IMG/VR virus record: IMGVR_UViG_2885526491_000007
Location: 32,001 to 96,000 of that record
Source: a virus
Lineage: Duplodnaviria > Caudoviricetes
Length of the DNA stretch: 64,000 nucleotides
Direction: 5' to 3' (one strand)
Shown: piece by piece, positions 9,798 through 20,233 of the stretch
Numbering within the stretch: the stretch's first letter is position 1
Layout: the number at the start of each line of letters is the position of its first letter
Notes under the pieces: generated by a model
Database searches by the model: none
The model's input: the letters and a program-made list of their open reading frames with translations, nothing else
Told to the model about the DNA's origin: nothing
Program-made: the position numbers and the translations under genes

Positions 9798-11297
9798 TTA
9801 ACGTCCGTTATTTGGTACGACTACTAAGGCAACTTCTTTCCATGTATTGAAGTCGTAGTTTACTTCAAAAATGATTTGCTCATCTTCAGATCCCTCTCGG
9901 TTCTTGGGAAGGAACATGATAAGGTACTTCTTCTCTGGATCAAGCTTGTACGACTTTTTATTCCACGTTCCAAAACCCTTATCTTTCTCCCAATTGTAAG
10001 GAGAAAGTGCGTTCTTTTGTCCGTCGTATTCATCTGCAAATACCAATCTTCCAGCTAAAACGACAGCCGCGACTTCTACAATTTCAGGTGATTTACCGAT
10101 ACAGTCCAAATCAAGATATCTAAACTCTTTACCAATCTTAAGTTGAACAGTTGCAATTGTCGAACAATTATTTGCTTCTTCTTTAATGCAATCATAAAGG
10201 TCTTGAGCTGAATTTGAGAAAGCCAGCCATCTATCTATATTTTGGGTCATGTCTGGCTTAAAAGTGTCAAAATAAATATGCTTATATCCCAATGGACGAT
10301 ACAGTTCAATTCTATTGATAACATCTTCAATCCGATATTTCTTAAGTTGTATGAACTTTATATAATCCGGTCTGTGCTTTTTGAGCCATTCTGCTGCTTC
10401 CTTTAAAGTGTCTTTGATTTGCTTACTAAATCCACCTCTGTTTACAGTATCACGAGGGATCGGCTTATTTAAAATTCTGGCTGCTACGGTGACAAGAAGT
10501 CTAACTCTCCACCTTTTTACCCCCTCCTCATTTGCAAAGACAATTCCTTTTTCTTCTTGCTCAATTAAGCCGAGAACACCCTTCTCAGTTACTAGACTCG
10601 ATTTACCTACGCCCGATGGCAAAACAAGTAAAATAAGATTACCTAATTTTTGTCCATTTATTTTTTTGTTCAGTCGTGGCGAATCAAACAATGGTACTCC
10701 CACATCTTCGCCAGCCTCTAACTGTTCAATTGTCTCGTCTAAGCCATCTGTCAAATTGTATTCTATTACTTCTCCACTGTTTACGTGCGAGAAAGATTCT
10801 TTGTGCTTGAACTGAAAGAAACTTTGCATTTGCTTTAAATTCATATTTGCAAGGGTTGTTACTAATTTTTCATTTGAAGTGTCAATTAAACCCTGTTTCT
10901 GCAAATTTCTGAGTGACTCGTATTTTTGAACTTCACTAAAATGGTATTCATCATTACCCTTGTCTTCATCGCATTCTGCTTTAACCTCTTCAATTGTTCC
11001 ATATCCGCCATACTCATTATAATATTCGAAGTATGACTTCCTTCCTGTCTCTTGTGGCCTTGAGGTGAGAAAAGAATATGTAGTTACATCATCAAAACTC
11101 CTAATGCCATTATCGAACATCTCTTTACCAATATAGTAGTAGTACCACCAAGTAGCTTCAGTGAAAGTTTCTTTGGTAATCTTGTGGGTCTTGTACTTCC
11201 CATATAGACTTGGCGAATTCCAAAGATAACCAATGAAAATAGCTTCGTGTACTTTTGAAGGATCAACGAATTCTTTAATATATACTATATGTATCAC
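9798..11297 (-). CDS. DnaB-like replicative helicase (YorI-like); likely start ATA at 11288
   Basis: Walker A PSGVGKS, FANEE, YFDTFK, TVQL, PKNREG. Confidence 0.9.
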   Translation of the reverse strand: MIHIVYIKEFVDPSKVHEAIFIGYLWNSPSLYGKYKTHKITKETFTEATWWYYYYIGKEMFDNGIRSFDDVTTYSFLTSRPQETGRKSYFEYYNEYGGYGTIEEVKAECDEDKGNDEYHFSEVQKYESLRNLQKQGLIDTSNEKLVTTLANMNLKQMQSFFQFKHKESFSHVNSGEVIEYNLTDGLDETIEQLEAGEDVGVPLFDSPRLNKKINGQKLGNLILLVLPSGVGKSSLVTEKGVLGLIEQEEKGIVFANEEGVKRWRVRLLVTVAARILNKPIPRDTVNRGGFSKQIKDTLKEAAEWLKKHRPDYIKFIQLKKYRIEDVINRIELYRPLGYKHIYFDTFKPDMTQNIDRWLAFSNSAQDLYDCIKEEANNCSTIATVQLKIGKEFRYLDLDCIGKSPEIVEVAAVVLAGRLVFADEYDGQKNALSPYNWEKDKGFGTWNKKSYKLDPEKKYLIMFLPKNREGSEDEQIIFEVNYDFNTWKEVALVVVPNNGR

Positions 11298-11305
11298 TCC
11301 TAATT

Positions 11306-11881
11306 CTAAAGAAAGTTCGAGATATCAAGTTCATCACTTTTATTTTTGTTCTTAAAAGTGTTTTGTAAAGATTGATCCCTTTTACTTTCCATTGCTTGAA
11401 CTCTAACTTCTGCTGCTTCTTGCTTAGATTTGTTCTGCCTGATTTTAAATGCATCATTCAAATACCCTAGCATAGTTGATATTGTGTAGTTTATTTGTGA
11501 CACAACAGCCCACTCGCCTATTTTATTGTTAATTGCATTCCTATTTGTCTGCTCCGCTAGACTGTACGCTTCGAGCATTAAAGCAAAATCAGGCCCAGTC
11601 CTCCACTTACGAGTCCTACTTCCATTCTTATTTTCATACCCAGCCCTCAGATCCTTGAGACGTGAGATGTTTCCTTTTGGTAGTAATAAAATATCGTGCA
11701 ACTTGATTATGTATTGGTATAAATTATTCCACTCTTGATTTTCCCTTGCTGTTTCTGCCTTCAACTTTAAATACTTATCATGACAATACTCAACATGATA
11801 GTATCTCTTATCTTCCTCATATTTCATGTCTTCCTTCTGTCCGTATTGAGTACAGATAGGACACTTAACTGGTCTAGCCAG
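11306..11881 (-). CDS. Zn-binding replication-associated protein (YorH-like); probable CTG start
   Basis: ARPVKCPIC...YYHVEYC; GAGGAGGTGA 5 nt before CTG; synteny with helicase. Confidence 0.7.
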   Translation of the reverse strand: MARPVKCPICTQYGQKEDMKYEEDKRYYHVEYCHDKYLKLKAETARENQEWNNLYQYIIKLHDILLLPKGNISRLKDLRAGYENKNGSRTRKWRTGPDFALMLEAYSLAEQTNRNAINNKIGEWAVVSQINYTISTMLGYLNDAFKIRQNKSKQEAAEVRVQAMESKRDQSLQNTFKNKNKSDELDISNFL

Positions 11882-11894
11882 TTTAATCACCTCC

Positions 11895-12722
11895 TCAAAA
11901 TACAAAACTTTCGAACTCAGGCAATCTCAACAAATTGTTTTTGGTATATCCTCTATGCTTGACTACACACTTGATGACAGGATCAATATAAACCGTATCC
12001 TCTGTCTCTCTCTTTTTAAGTTGCTGGAATACTTTATATCCCGCTTTTCTCTCGTTTGTGCCGACAGCTAAACTCATTACCCCAACCATTCGCTTACCAT
12101 CAGACAAGAGCCAACCAAATTCATTTTTCTTGTATCCAGCAATGAAGTATTCTCCTATCTCATACGCAATTACCTTCAACCACTTGTCGGATCGCTTATC
12201 TATCTCATACCTTGAATTAATATCCTTCAGAACGATTCCCTCAAGTTTCTGCTGCTTGGCAAGGTTAAAGTATTCAATTCCATTTCCTCTTATAAAGATC
12301 GACTTTGTATAATAGTCATTGTCCGTGAAGGCATTAGAAAGTATCACTTTGCGTTCCATAAGTGGTTCAGAAGCCACACTTTCACCCCTATAGTTAATGA
12401 TATCGAACGCACAGAACGTAACTTTATGTCTGCTTTTCTTGGACATAAACCTTTCCATGATTGATTCAAAGTTTGGTTTACCGTCTGAGTCAGTTACGAT
12501 CAGTTCTCCATCAAGCGTTGTCCCTTTTTGTATCGGTATGTTTTTAACCAACTCAGGAAACTTGGCTGTAACATCATTGTTGTGTCTTGTATAGATTTTT
12601 ACCTTATCTCTGTAATCGACGATAAGACGTATACCATCGAGTTTAAGCTCTGTTATATGCATGTTACTGTTGAAAGGCATATTGTTTGGAGCCTTGTATT
12701 GCAACATTGGAGAAGTAAACAT
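11895..12722 (-). CDS. ATP-dependent DNA ligase
   Basis: ELKLDGIR, LDGEL, AFDI, EGIVLK, RSDKWLKV motifs. Confidence 0.95.
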   Translation of the reverse strand: MFTSPMLQYKAPNNMPFNSNMHITELKLDGIRLIVDYRDKVKIYTRHNNDVTAKFPELVKNIPIQKGTTLDGELIVTDSDGKPNFESIMERFMSKKSRHKVTFCAFDIINYRGESVASEPLMERKVILSNAFTDNDYYTKSIFIRGNGIEYFNLAKQQKLEGIVLKDINSRYEIDKRSDKWLKVIAYEIGEYFIAGYKKNEFGWLLSDGKRMVGVMSLAVGTNERKAGYKVFQQLKKRETEDTVYIDPVIKCVVKHRGYTKNNLLRLPEFESFVF

Positions 12723-12744
12723 ATTATCACCCATTTAAGTATAT

Positions 12745-12758
12745 CAAACAGGTGTTTG
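12745..12758. promoter_or_regulatory. putative LexA/DinR SOS box upstream of the ligase
   Basis: CAAACAGGTGTTTG versus consensus CGAAC-N4-GTTCG. Confidence 0.5.
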
Positions 12759-12915
12759 TATTTTCAGCGGTAATATATGTATGACTTAATACATCTACTC
12801 ACTCTTCTCACAAGCTTCTGAATCTTTATTATCACTATCTTTGCTCTTATAATGTTTTAATATGTCGTCTACTGTTTTAAGCTCTACTTCCACTTACAAT
12901 CATTCCAATCTTTGT

Positions 12916-13161
12916 TTATTCATTTTCTTCCCATTCATTTATTTCTACAAAGCGTTTTGTGCCATCATCCGTATAACCGAAAAACATGTTTGCTGGTCTA
13001 GCCCATAAAAGATCATCCTCGCCAATGTAGACAACTAACACCTCTCTGGTTTCAGTGTGTCTTGCGAGTCTTATAAGTTTGTATAATCCACCCTTATAAT
13101 GTCTAAATGATTGACCCTTGGTTTCCTCGAAACTCAATAAAATCACCTCACTAATACTCAC
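12916..13161 (-). CDS. DUF1653 protein
   Basis: FRHYKGGLY...ARHTETRE.LVVY...LWARP.NMF. Confidence 0.9.
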   Translation of the reverse strand: MSISEVILLSFEETKGQSFRHYKGGLYKLIRLARHTETREVLVVYIGEDDLLWARPANMFFGYTDDGTKRFVEINEWEENE

Positions 13162-13220
13162 TCTTTCTCTCGATATCTCCCATTTACTATTCCAATATTC
13201 TGATGAAACTGTACTTTTAC

Positions 13221-14402
13221 CTAGAATATCGGTACAGCTTTGACTTCAGTCCATTTGATATATTCTTCTTTCGGAATTTCACGTACTACATAGCAGCCAT
13301 TTGCCAAGATCTTGTCACTGTCCTTTTTAGTGAAGTTATCATAAGGTATAACAACTTCTATGAGTACACCTTTATTAAAATAATTGGACTTGTCGATCTC
13401 AAGTTTTTCACTAAAGTATAGATGTTCATTCTTAGGTACATTTATTTCACCAAACTTATACTCGTACTTACTATCATAATGACTAAAGTATTGACCATCT
13501 CGTTTCTCAACGAACTTGTAGTATTTCTGCGATTCTATGTATTGTTTTCCATCAATCTCGATCATATTGTTAGGTTCATTTTCAAATTCTCTAAGAGTGT
13601 TTTTCTTAGTAATTCTGTATGTATGTTCTTTAATATTCACTACTCTAACTGGCCCTTTTACAATCACATCAAGAATATCCTCTACGTCATCGTATTTAAT
13701 TTCTTTAGGTTTTTCAAAATAGTCTTCACTCATTGCAATATTTGCAATCTTATCAATGATCTTGCTTAGGCTAAATGCTTCACCTTCTTCAAGTTCAACA
13801 AGTTTGTCGTAGTTGATACCATACATTCCACCAAGATGCTGTTTCAATTCGTCTGTGTTAGTGATACATAATTCCATGCAACTCAGTGCAACTCGCAAAA
13901 ACTCAGGCTTAGAAATGTTATATCCCTTATCCTTATACTTCTGAACTCTCAGCAACGAAACAATTGGAAAGTCAGTGTTCTTGTTAAACTTCAAAATTCG
14001 TTGTGCATTGTGCTTCAAAAAGTCTTCATGCAATACAAACTGTTCTGTTTCAAAATCAAATGCTCCCATACATACTGTGTAGTCAAAAGTATTAAAGATA
14101 TCTTCTGCTCTCTCAAAATACTTAAAGTGAATCATTTGAATTTCCTTGTCATCTACTCTTACTAACAATGCCTTAGATGTTAGAGCATTTACCCAGTCAT
14201 TACTGTCATCATAAATCTCTTCAATCAACTCGGCTAGAGACTCTTCGTCTCTGAAGTACAAATCAATATCATTTACCGGATTGTTGCTGAAAATACTTGT
14301 GATTGTTCCTCCTGCTATGTATGCTTTCTGCTGCTTCAGAGTATTCACCAAGCTTGTTCCTAAATAATTGTACAATTTGTTCTTTTCGAAAATATAATCC
14401 AT
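13221..14402 (-). CDS. Pol-beta-family nucleotidyltransferase-like protein
   Basis: AYIAGG...NDIDLYF, FDYTVCM. Confidence 0.75.
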   Translation of the reverse strand: MDYIFEKNKLYNYLGTSLVNTLKQQKAYIAGGTITSIFSNNPVNDIDLYFRDEESLAELIEEIYDDSNDWVNALTSKALLVRVDDKEIQMIHFKYFERAEDIFNTFDYTVCMGAFDFETEQFVLHEDFLKHNAQRILKFNKNTDFPIVSLLRVQKYKDKGYNISKPEFLRVALSCMELCITNTDELKQHLGGMYGINYDKLVELEEGEAFSLSKIIDKIANIAMSEDYFEKPKEIKYDDVEDILDVIVKGPVRVVNIKEHTYRITKKNTLREFENEPNNMIEIDGKQYIESQKYYKFVEKRDGQYFSHYDSKYEYKFGEINVPKNEHLYFSEKLEIDKSNYFNKGVLIEVVIPYDNFTKKDSDKILANGCYVVREIPKEEYIKWTEVKAVPIF

Positions 14403-14746
14403 TTAATTAATTCCTCCTTTAGATTCATCTTACCATACATTTTAGTAATTGTACATATTTTTATTCTTAAATAATTCTAATTAAATCAACCTTTTACAAA
14501 GATTCTTGATGATATATTTGCGGCATCGCCAAAAGTTTTAACAAACACGAAATCCAACACCTCGAAATAGCGGTTAAATTGGATATCTGCCCACTTATAC
14601 AACAAGACTGGTTCGGTATATTTTGTAATTCATTGAGATCCATCAGATATGCTTCTGAACAAGTGGTTCCCCTTTTTAGATACTCTATGTAGGTAATACG
14701 TTCCGTTCTCATGTTCAATGACTAGATCCACTCTTTGCACTTTAGT

Positions 14747-15295
14747 TCACCTCCTTCCTTTAGGACGAAGAAACATCCACAATCTTCGATACCACTTTCT
14801 TGGTGGGTTAGCTATCTCTTCAAAAACTTCCTGATGCAATAAAGACTCAAAATGTATCAAAGAATCTCTTGCTGGAAAAATGATGTTTTTTTCGTCCTCT
14901 TCTATAAACACAACCTGTCCCTTATTTTCATGATAATAGGGTTCAACAAATTTAAAAAAGCTATTAACTTTTCCAACTAAGATTTCAAATGTATTAACTG
15001 TAGTCATAGAGTTAAATAAGTGCTTCCTGCTCTTGTATGCCTCTCTGAAGTTTGAAAATTCCTGTTTGGCATCTTTGATATCTTGCCTAGTTAATGCGCT
15101 TGATATAACCATCTCAACGAAACCAACAAGCTTAAATAACGAAGGAGAGACTCTATCATATGCTGCTACCTTCATTTCTCGTTTAATACGAATTCTTTCA
15201 ATTTCCAAACTCGCCTTCTTTTGTCTTGTGACATTAATCGTTGTCAACAATAACCCTGCTGATGATACCACTAAAGTCCATATAGGTACATTCAT
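14747..15295 (-). CDS. membrane-anchored hypothetical protein
   Basis: N-terminal TM; RBS; palindrome at 15316. Confidence 0.7.
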   Translation of the reverse strand: MNVPIWTLVVSSAGLLLTTINVTRQKKASLEIERIRIKREMKVAAYDRVSPSLFKLVGFVEMVISSALTRQDIKDAKQEFSNFREAYKSRKHLFNSMTTVNTFEILVGKVNSFFKFVEPYYHENKGQVVFIEEDEKNIIFPARDSLIHFESLLHQEVFEEIANPPRKWYRRLWMFLRPKGRR

Positions 15296-15331
15296 ACCAA
15301 TTTCTCCCCTTTCCTGTGAAAGTAAACTTTC

Positions 15332-15571
15332 TTAGAGATTATCTGCATCTGGAACAGATCTATCGACATTAGCTGTTACTTCTATGTCGCTGCATACTCT
15401 ATTGACTAATTTTCTTGCATCGTCTGCTGTAACTTCAAATAGTTCAGCTAGTTTATTTAAAGTTACATGACCTAGTAAATATAAACCCATCAGCTCGATT
15501 GGATTCAACTTCTTAATGTCTGTGTGATAATAATCGATCATCAAATTATTCGACTCTTTAGATGAGAACAT
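15332..15571 (-). CDS. hypothetical protein, possible HTH
   Basis: VTLNKLAELFEV; bounded by palindromes 15316 and 15590. Confidence 0.6.
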   Translation of the reverse strand: MFSSKESNNLMIDYYHTDIKKLNPIELMGLYLLGHVTLNKLAELFEVTADDARKLVNRVCSDIEVTANVDRSVPDADNL

Positions 15572-15603
15572 AGTTCACCTCCACTCTGTGTGAAAGAAAG
15601 ATT

Positions 15604-15804
15604 TTATATAAACTTAAAATCACCCTTCTTGAATGTGAGACCACCATATGAGCTGCTAAGTTGTTTTGTTGCGACATCATCAAACTCCACTAGGTATAAG
15701 TCTTCAGAATTGCTTGTTCGGATCGGGTTTTCTTTTATGGTTCCTGATTTTCCAATAGCTTCTTTCCAAACTGTTGAATCGTTAATTATAACTCTTTTCT
15801 TCAT
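15604..15804 (-). CDS. hypothetical protein
   Basis: Bounded by palindromes 15590 and 15826. Confidence 0.65.
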   Translation of the reverse strand: MKKRVIINDSTVWKEAIGKSGTIKENPIRTSNSEDLYLVEFDDVATKQLSSSYGGLTFKKGDFKFI

Positions 15805-15855
15805 ACTATTTCACCCTTTTCTCCATGAAAGGAAAATTTGATCAGAATACTCTTA

Positions 15856-16221
15856 TTATTTTGTTTTTCTGCTTAAATGAATAGCGATTGAGTTAGTCAA
15901 ATCATCGGTATCGAACGATCCATTTGCAGCCTCAAGTTTAACGCCGTACTGTTCGATTTTTTCTTTAAGCTCAATCATTTTTGCAACATTTCTAAACAAA
16001 ACACTTGGTTGTGATGTAATGATTTTTTGGAATTTACCACTTTTCGAATCTTCAATTAGTTTAATTAGACTTGGTCTAGTCTCGTTAAGACCGCTATAGC
16101 CAAAATCCTCATAAACACCAACCAGTTTATCATTAACACCTAACATCTTCATACATTCTCGTTCCTGTGATTCAGTAGTTTGTTCTTTTGTTGCCGCTCT
16201 GTAGTAAAAAACTGTCTTCAT
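15856..16221 (-). CDS. stand-alone serine-recombinase (resolvase) catalytic-like domain, active-site Ser absent
   Basis: YYRAAT (cf. YxRVS), YEDFGYSG..RPSL..L, QPSVLFRN (cf. DRLxRN). Confidence 0.8.
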   Translation of the reverse strand: MKTVFYYRAATKEQTTESQERECMKMLGVNDKLVGVYEDFGYSGLNETRPSLIKLIEDSKSGKFQKIITSQPSVLFRNVAKMIELKEKIEQYGVKLEAANGSFDTDDLTNSIAIHLSRKTK

Positions 16222-16257
16222 TTTATCTCAACCTTTCTAGATCAAATGTACGTTTCT

Positions 16258-16896
16258 TTAAGATATGTGATTCTCAAGTTTCTTCTTCCAATCTGAGATT
16301 GTATCAAAAACAAATTTTGAAGTTTCTACAGACATTTTATTTACGGCTTCATGTTTTTCTAAAATTTTGAATACCTTATATGGAGTAATTGCATCAATTA
16401 TTATTTTGTTCTCATATTTTGGTATATCATATTTTATATCATTAAACACATCGTAATTGAAACGGTTCTTATAGCTAAATACAAATGTTGAATTTAGTTT
16501 ATGATCTCTTCCTCTCTCCTCGAACGCAGAAAGAGTCGAAGGATCTATTTTTTCAAGATTAGATTGAATCTCATCATATAAATAGATTAAAACTAAATCA
16601 GCAAACACTTTCTCTTGTTTATCTTTTTTCGTTTCATCTTCAAGTCTTTTAATCTCAAGTTGTTCTCTTTCATGATTTAGTTGTTTAATGGCTATATCAG
16701 TTTGCGATTTAGCAATTAATAGAGCTATAAAGGCCGCAGCTATACCTCCAGCGTAACTACCAAAAAAACTAACCCAGGTTTCAGAGTCTCCTATTGCTAT
16801 AGGATTTGGAATCCATGCTAGCACATTGATGAGAATAGGAATCAATATAACAGCAATCCAATATTTAAGTGGTATACCAAAAAACTCTTTATTCAT
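16258..16896 (-). CDS. membrane protein
   Basis: Two TMs with WVSFFGSYAGG; bounded by palindromes 16241 and 16923. Confidence 0.75.
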   Translation of the reverse strand: MNKEFFGIPLKYWIAVILIPILINVLAWIPNPIAIGDSETWVSFFGSYAGGIAAAFIALLIAKSQTDIAIKQLNHEREQLEIKRLEDETKKDKQEKVFADLVLIYLYDEIQSNLEKIDPSTLSAFEERGRDHKLNSTFVFSYKNRFNYDVFNDIKYDIPKYENKIIIDAITPYKVFKILEKHEAVNKMSVETSKFVFDTISDWKKKLENHIS

Positions 16897-16939
16897 TTCA
16901 GTTCATCTCCAAGTCACTCACAATAAAATATTTGTTTGA

Positions 16940-17632
16940 TTAAATCTTAATCATATCTGTATACAACAACCTCTGCCTATTTGGTAATTCAAAGTCATGA
17001 TGAAAATGACCAAAATACCATTGCTTATATTCTGCCTTCTGTTCAATACCGTAGAAGTAAGGATGCATCTCATCTCGATCCATTCTAATATTACAACGCT
17101 GCTCAATGTATTCCAATGCTGTAGTGGAACAGGTATGTGTCAGTATGTAATCCACTTTCCAGTTGTGCTTCTCTAAATTATTTAATCCTTCTTCATATTC
17201 CTCCTTTGACGGCATTTCACGACTCCACCATGACTTTCCTTCCTTGCGATACTCTTTGTCGTGTGAAGCAGCTCCACCAAACGTAAAGATCTTCTTACCT
17301 TCAATCTCAAAAACCTGTCCACGCATCAGATGAATAACGCTGTCGTTAATTCTATGTACTTTACCACCATTCCAAATCTCCACCGGATACTCTTCAAGTA
17401 AATCGAAGTTCTCATGGTTCCCATCAATAAACAGTGTCATAAATGGCTTAGTCTTATTCAGCCACTTAAGCCAGTATTGATCCTCTTTACTTCCATCCCA
17501 TATTAAACCGAAGTCTCCAGCAATGATTACATAGTCATCCTTAGTCATATCTCTTTGTTGTGGAAAGTTCTTAGTATTGAGTCGCTTGTTCACACTAATT
17601 GTTCCATGAATGTCTCCAGTAATATTGATCAT
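16940..17632 (-). CDS. calcineurin-like metallophosphoesterase
   Basis: GDIHG, GDFG, GNHEN, THT, GHFH. Confidence 0.95.
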   Translation of the reverse strand: MINITGDIHGTISVNKRLNTKNFPQQRDMTKDDYVIIAGDFGLIWDGSKEDQYWLKWLNKTKPFMTLFIDGNHENFDLLEEYPVEIWNGGKVHRINDSVIHLMRGQVFEIEGKKIFTFGGAASHDKEYRKEGKSWWSREMPSKEEYEEGLNNLEKHNWKVDYILTHTCSTTALEYIEQRCNIRMDRDEMHPYFYGIEQKAEYKQWYFGHFHHDFELPNRQRLLYTDMIKI

Positions 17633-17644
17633 TTATGTCTCCTA

Positions 17645-17938
17645 TCATTTTAGAGTCTCGATAATTTCAATTCCATTAATATCACAATCATAAAACTTAT
17701 CTTTATCATCATAATAAAAAATTGCTGACTTCTTAACTTTGAGTTTAAATTTACTGTTAGACTGTTCTTCTGTCCAAACAGCGATACCATCTTGTGTATT
17801 TGACATTATAAGATCGTAACCATCATTATCTGTATAAGCAAGAAAGTAATCAAGGCTTTCAAGCTCATTCATTTTTTCTATCACAATGTCTAATTTATTT
17901 TCAATGGCCCAGTCTTTCAACTCTATCCAGTTGCTCAA
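17645..17938 (-). CDS. hypothetical protein
   Basis: AAGGAGG RBS, TTG start. Confidence 0.65.
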   Translation of the reverse strand: MSNWIELKDWAIENKLDIVIEKMNELESLDYFLAYTDNDGYDLIMSNTQDGIAVWTEEQSNSKFKLKVKKSAIFYYDDKDKFYDCDINGIEIIETLK

Positions 17939-18378
17939 TTTGAAACCTCCTTATTTTAAATGAAAGTCATATTTCATTAAATTCCGACTTATTTGAGTCA
18001 TCAGTTATTTCACCTATACCTCCTCTAATACTCTTAAGGTCGACATGGACTTCAATCACTTCGTTCGGGTCAAGTTGTTTCATTTTGAGTGATTTATTGC
18101 CATTTTCGTCTAGCAGCCAAGCTTCTCTAACTGAAAACTTTTTAATCAAATTCATACCCTCCCTTTCCTTAAATCTCACATTTCATATTGTTTCTTTTTC
18201 AAATAATAAAAGAAAAGATTAAGATGATGGAAAGAAGAATCCATGTGAAATATCCATAAGTTTATCCATCCATTTCTCGAACAAAAAGACCGCATTTTGT
18301 CGTGATATCTAAACCAAAACCGATGATAAATAGCCACAATCTCACCCCTATTATGTAAAAGATTCGTTTTACCCGATC

Positions 18379-18882
18379 TTACTCAACCTTGTACTCTTGT
18401 TCTTCCTTTTTCCGCTCATGTTTCTCTAAATAAAATTTGTGGAGAAACCTTCTTTTAATTGTGTCATTTAAATCCTGCTTTATCCAAGGCCTTGCTTCAT
18501 TTTTAGATCTTTCCCAATCATGCTTCAAAAGCGTACCAATACAATAACGAAACTCTTTCAGCACTTCTTGTGCTCTATTCCCTTTTTCGATTTCTTCTAA
18601 TAATTCTCTGATTCTGTTATCTAGTCTATTGTCAGAAGTAAACCTTAGAGGATTTAAACTCAATATCAGATGTGTGATGACACCCGCCTCTGTCTCCTTG
18701 TCTAGATCATATTTACCAGAATATATTTTCGAAGCGCTAATTTTAACAAACTCTCTCCACTTTGCTCTTTCATCCGTTATGTACTTTAACGATTGATTCT
18801 TATCATTGCTTATTTTGTTTATAATGGCTGCGATTACAGTAGCAGAAACGGAAGCCGTTATTATCGTTTGCAATATCCCCAT
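18379..18882 (-). CDS. hypothetical membrane-anchored protein
   Basis: ITDERAKWRE...LLKHDWERSK; bounded by palindromes 18355 and 18900. Confidence 0.75.
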   Translation of the reverse strand: MGILQTIITASVSATVIAAIINKISNDKNQSLKYITDERAKWREFVKISASKIYSGKYDLDKETEAGVITHLILSLNPLRFTSDNRLDNRIRELLEEIEKGNRAQEVLKEFRYCIGTLLKHDWERSKNEARPWIKQDLNDTIKRRFLHKFYLEKHERKKEEQEYKVE

Positions 18883-18913
18883 AAGATTCTCCCCTTATTA
18901 TGAAACTACTCTT

Positions 18914-19129
18914 TTACTTAAACTTCGTTTCAATAACTTCAAAAACTTCTCCACATTCAACTTTTAATTTAATCGCAGCATTTTCTGCTCTTACAAAAGT
19001 AGTATATTTCTTTGCTGTAATTTCACTTCCAACTGTCACTGCTATGTATTCGTCCTCCCTTGCTAACTTTTTCTTTCTTAAGAAGTATTCTGTAGAGTTC
19101 AATCCAAACTTACGCATCAATACGAACAT
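18914..19129 (-). CDS. hypothetical protein
   Basis: ORF with RBS. Confidence 0.55.
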   Translation of the reverse strand: MFVLMRKFGLNSTEYFLRKKKLAREDEYIAVTVGSEITAKKYTTFVRAENAAIKLKVECGEVFEVIETKFK

Positions 19130-19146
19130 ACCATTCCCTCATTTCC

Positions 19147-19338
19147 TTAACGACCAGTGCCACTCAGACAATAATTACAAATCGTCTCACCTTTGATAAC
19201 TCTCCATCCTTGATTCCTTAAAGCCTTCTCAGCAATCGATTTGTTACCTCTCATTTCTGCTGGATTAATATCTCCACTAGCCCAATTACCACACCTGTCA
19301 CAGCATGTATCATAATATCTTATTAAATTAAAACTCAA
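19147..19338 (-). CDS. small Zn-finger protein
   Basis: CDRC...GW...ICNYC. Confidence 0.65.
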   Translation of the reverse strand: MSFNLIRYYDTCCDRCGNWASGDINPAEMRGNKSIAEKALRNQGWRVIKGETICNYCLSGTGR

Positions 19339-19520
19339 TAAAGAAATCCCCCTTTTATCTATGAAAGACTAATTTTACTTTCTCTTATTACCATTATAAT
19401 CCTTTAATCATCCTGTTCAACACAATATCCTATGTATAAAAGCTGCGTCTCTTGTCATTAACAATTATTTATAATGTTATTTTATTATCTTTATTCTTAA
19501 AAGTCAAGTAACAAATCACT

Positions 19521-19883
19521 TCATGTCTTAGTTAGATCTATTTTCATGTAGTCAGCCAACATTACTAGCACATCTGTTCTAACCCTGCTCATTAGTGGGT
19601 TCATTTGATGCTGATATTTACGGATTGAGTAAGAAATAAACAAATTGTCTTTAGTTCTTCTCTGTTCGATGATTTTAATGTCACGGTCTCTTAATGTTTT
19701 CTTCAACTCATATATATCAGCGGTTATTCTATCTTGCAAAGAACTTAAATAAAATTTCAACTCTCTTTTTAATATGACACTGCTCTCATCTATCCTTTTC
19801 TTGTCTTCTTCTATAACGTCTAACAGTAACGGCATCTCAGCATATTTTTTCACCAACTCCAACTCTTCAGCACTTTGTTTCAT
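19521..19883 (-). CDS. YhjD-like protein
   Basis: ELVKKY..MPLLLDVIEED...LRDRDIKI; follows yolD. Confidence 0.6.
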   Translation of the reverse strand: MKQSAEELELVKKYAEMPLLLDVIEEDKKRIDESSVILKRELKFYLSSLQDRITADIYELKKTLRDRDIKIIEQRRTKDNLFISYSIRKYQHQMNPLMSRVRTDVLVMLADYMKIDLTKT

Positions 19884-20233
19884 TATTCTAATCCTCCTCC
19901 CGATAATCTGACAGCAACTAAACTCTTTATGTCGATCCATTCGTGCCCATTTTCCCATTCGATTCTAATCTTCTTTCCTAACTCATTAACCTTTGAAACA
20001 ATCCCACTTACAGCCCGTTTCGAATTCGATTCAAAAATCTCAAAGTATGCTTCTTCAGTATATCTATATGATATTCCTATGTTTTGATAAATAACTTCCC
20101 ATTCGTCCTCGTGTAAAAGTGGTTTAGATAAATCGTTATCTCTTGAACGATGTTCAATGATTCTTTCTTTATGTTGTGGCAGCATCATACGACTTGATTC
20201 CCACAGCCCATTTGCCTCCAGTTTTTTGCTCAT
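19883..20233 (-). CDS. yolD: YolD-like protein
   Basis: SKKLEANGLWESSRMMLPQHKE...KPLLHEDE; coupled to uvrX. Confidence 0.9.
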   Translation of the reverse strand: MSKKLEANGLWESSRMMLPQHKERIIEHRSRDNDLSKPLLHEDEWEVIYQNIGISYRYTEEAYFEIFESNSKRAVSGIVSKVNELGKKIRIEWENGHEWIDIKSLVAVRLSGGGLE

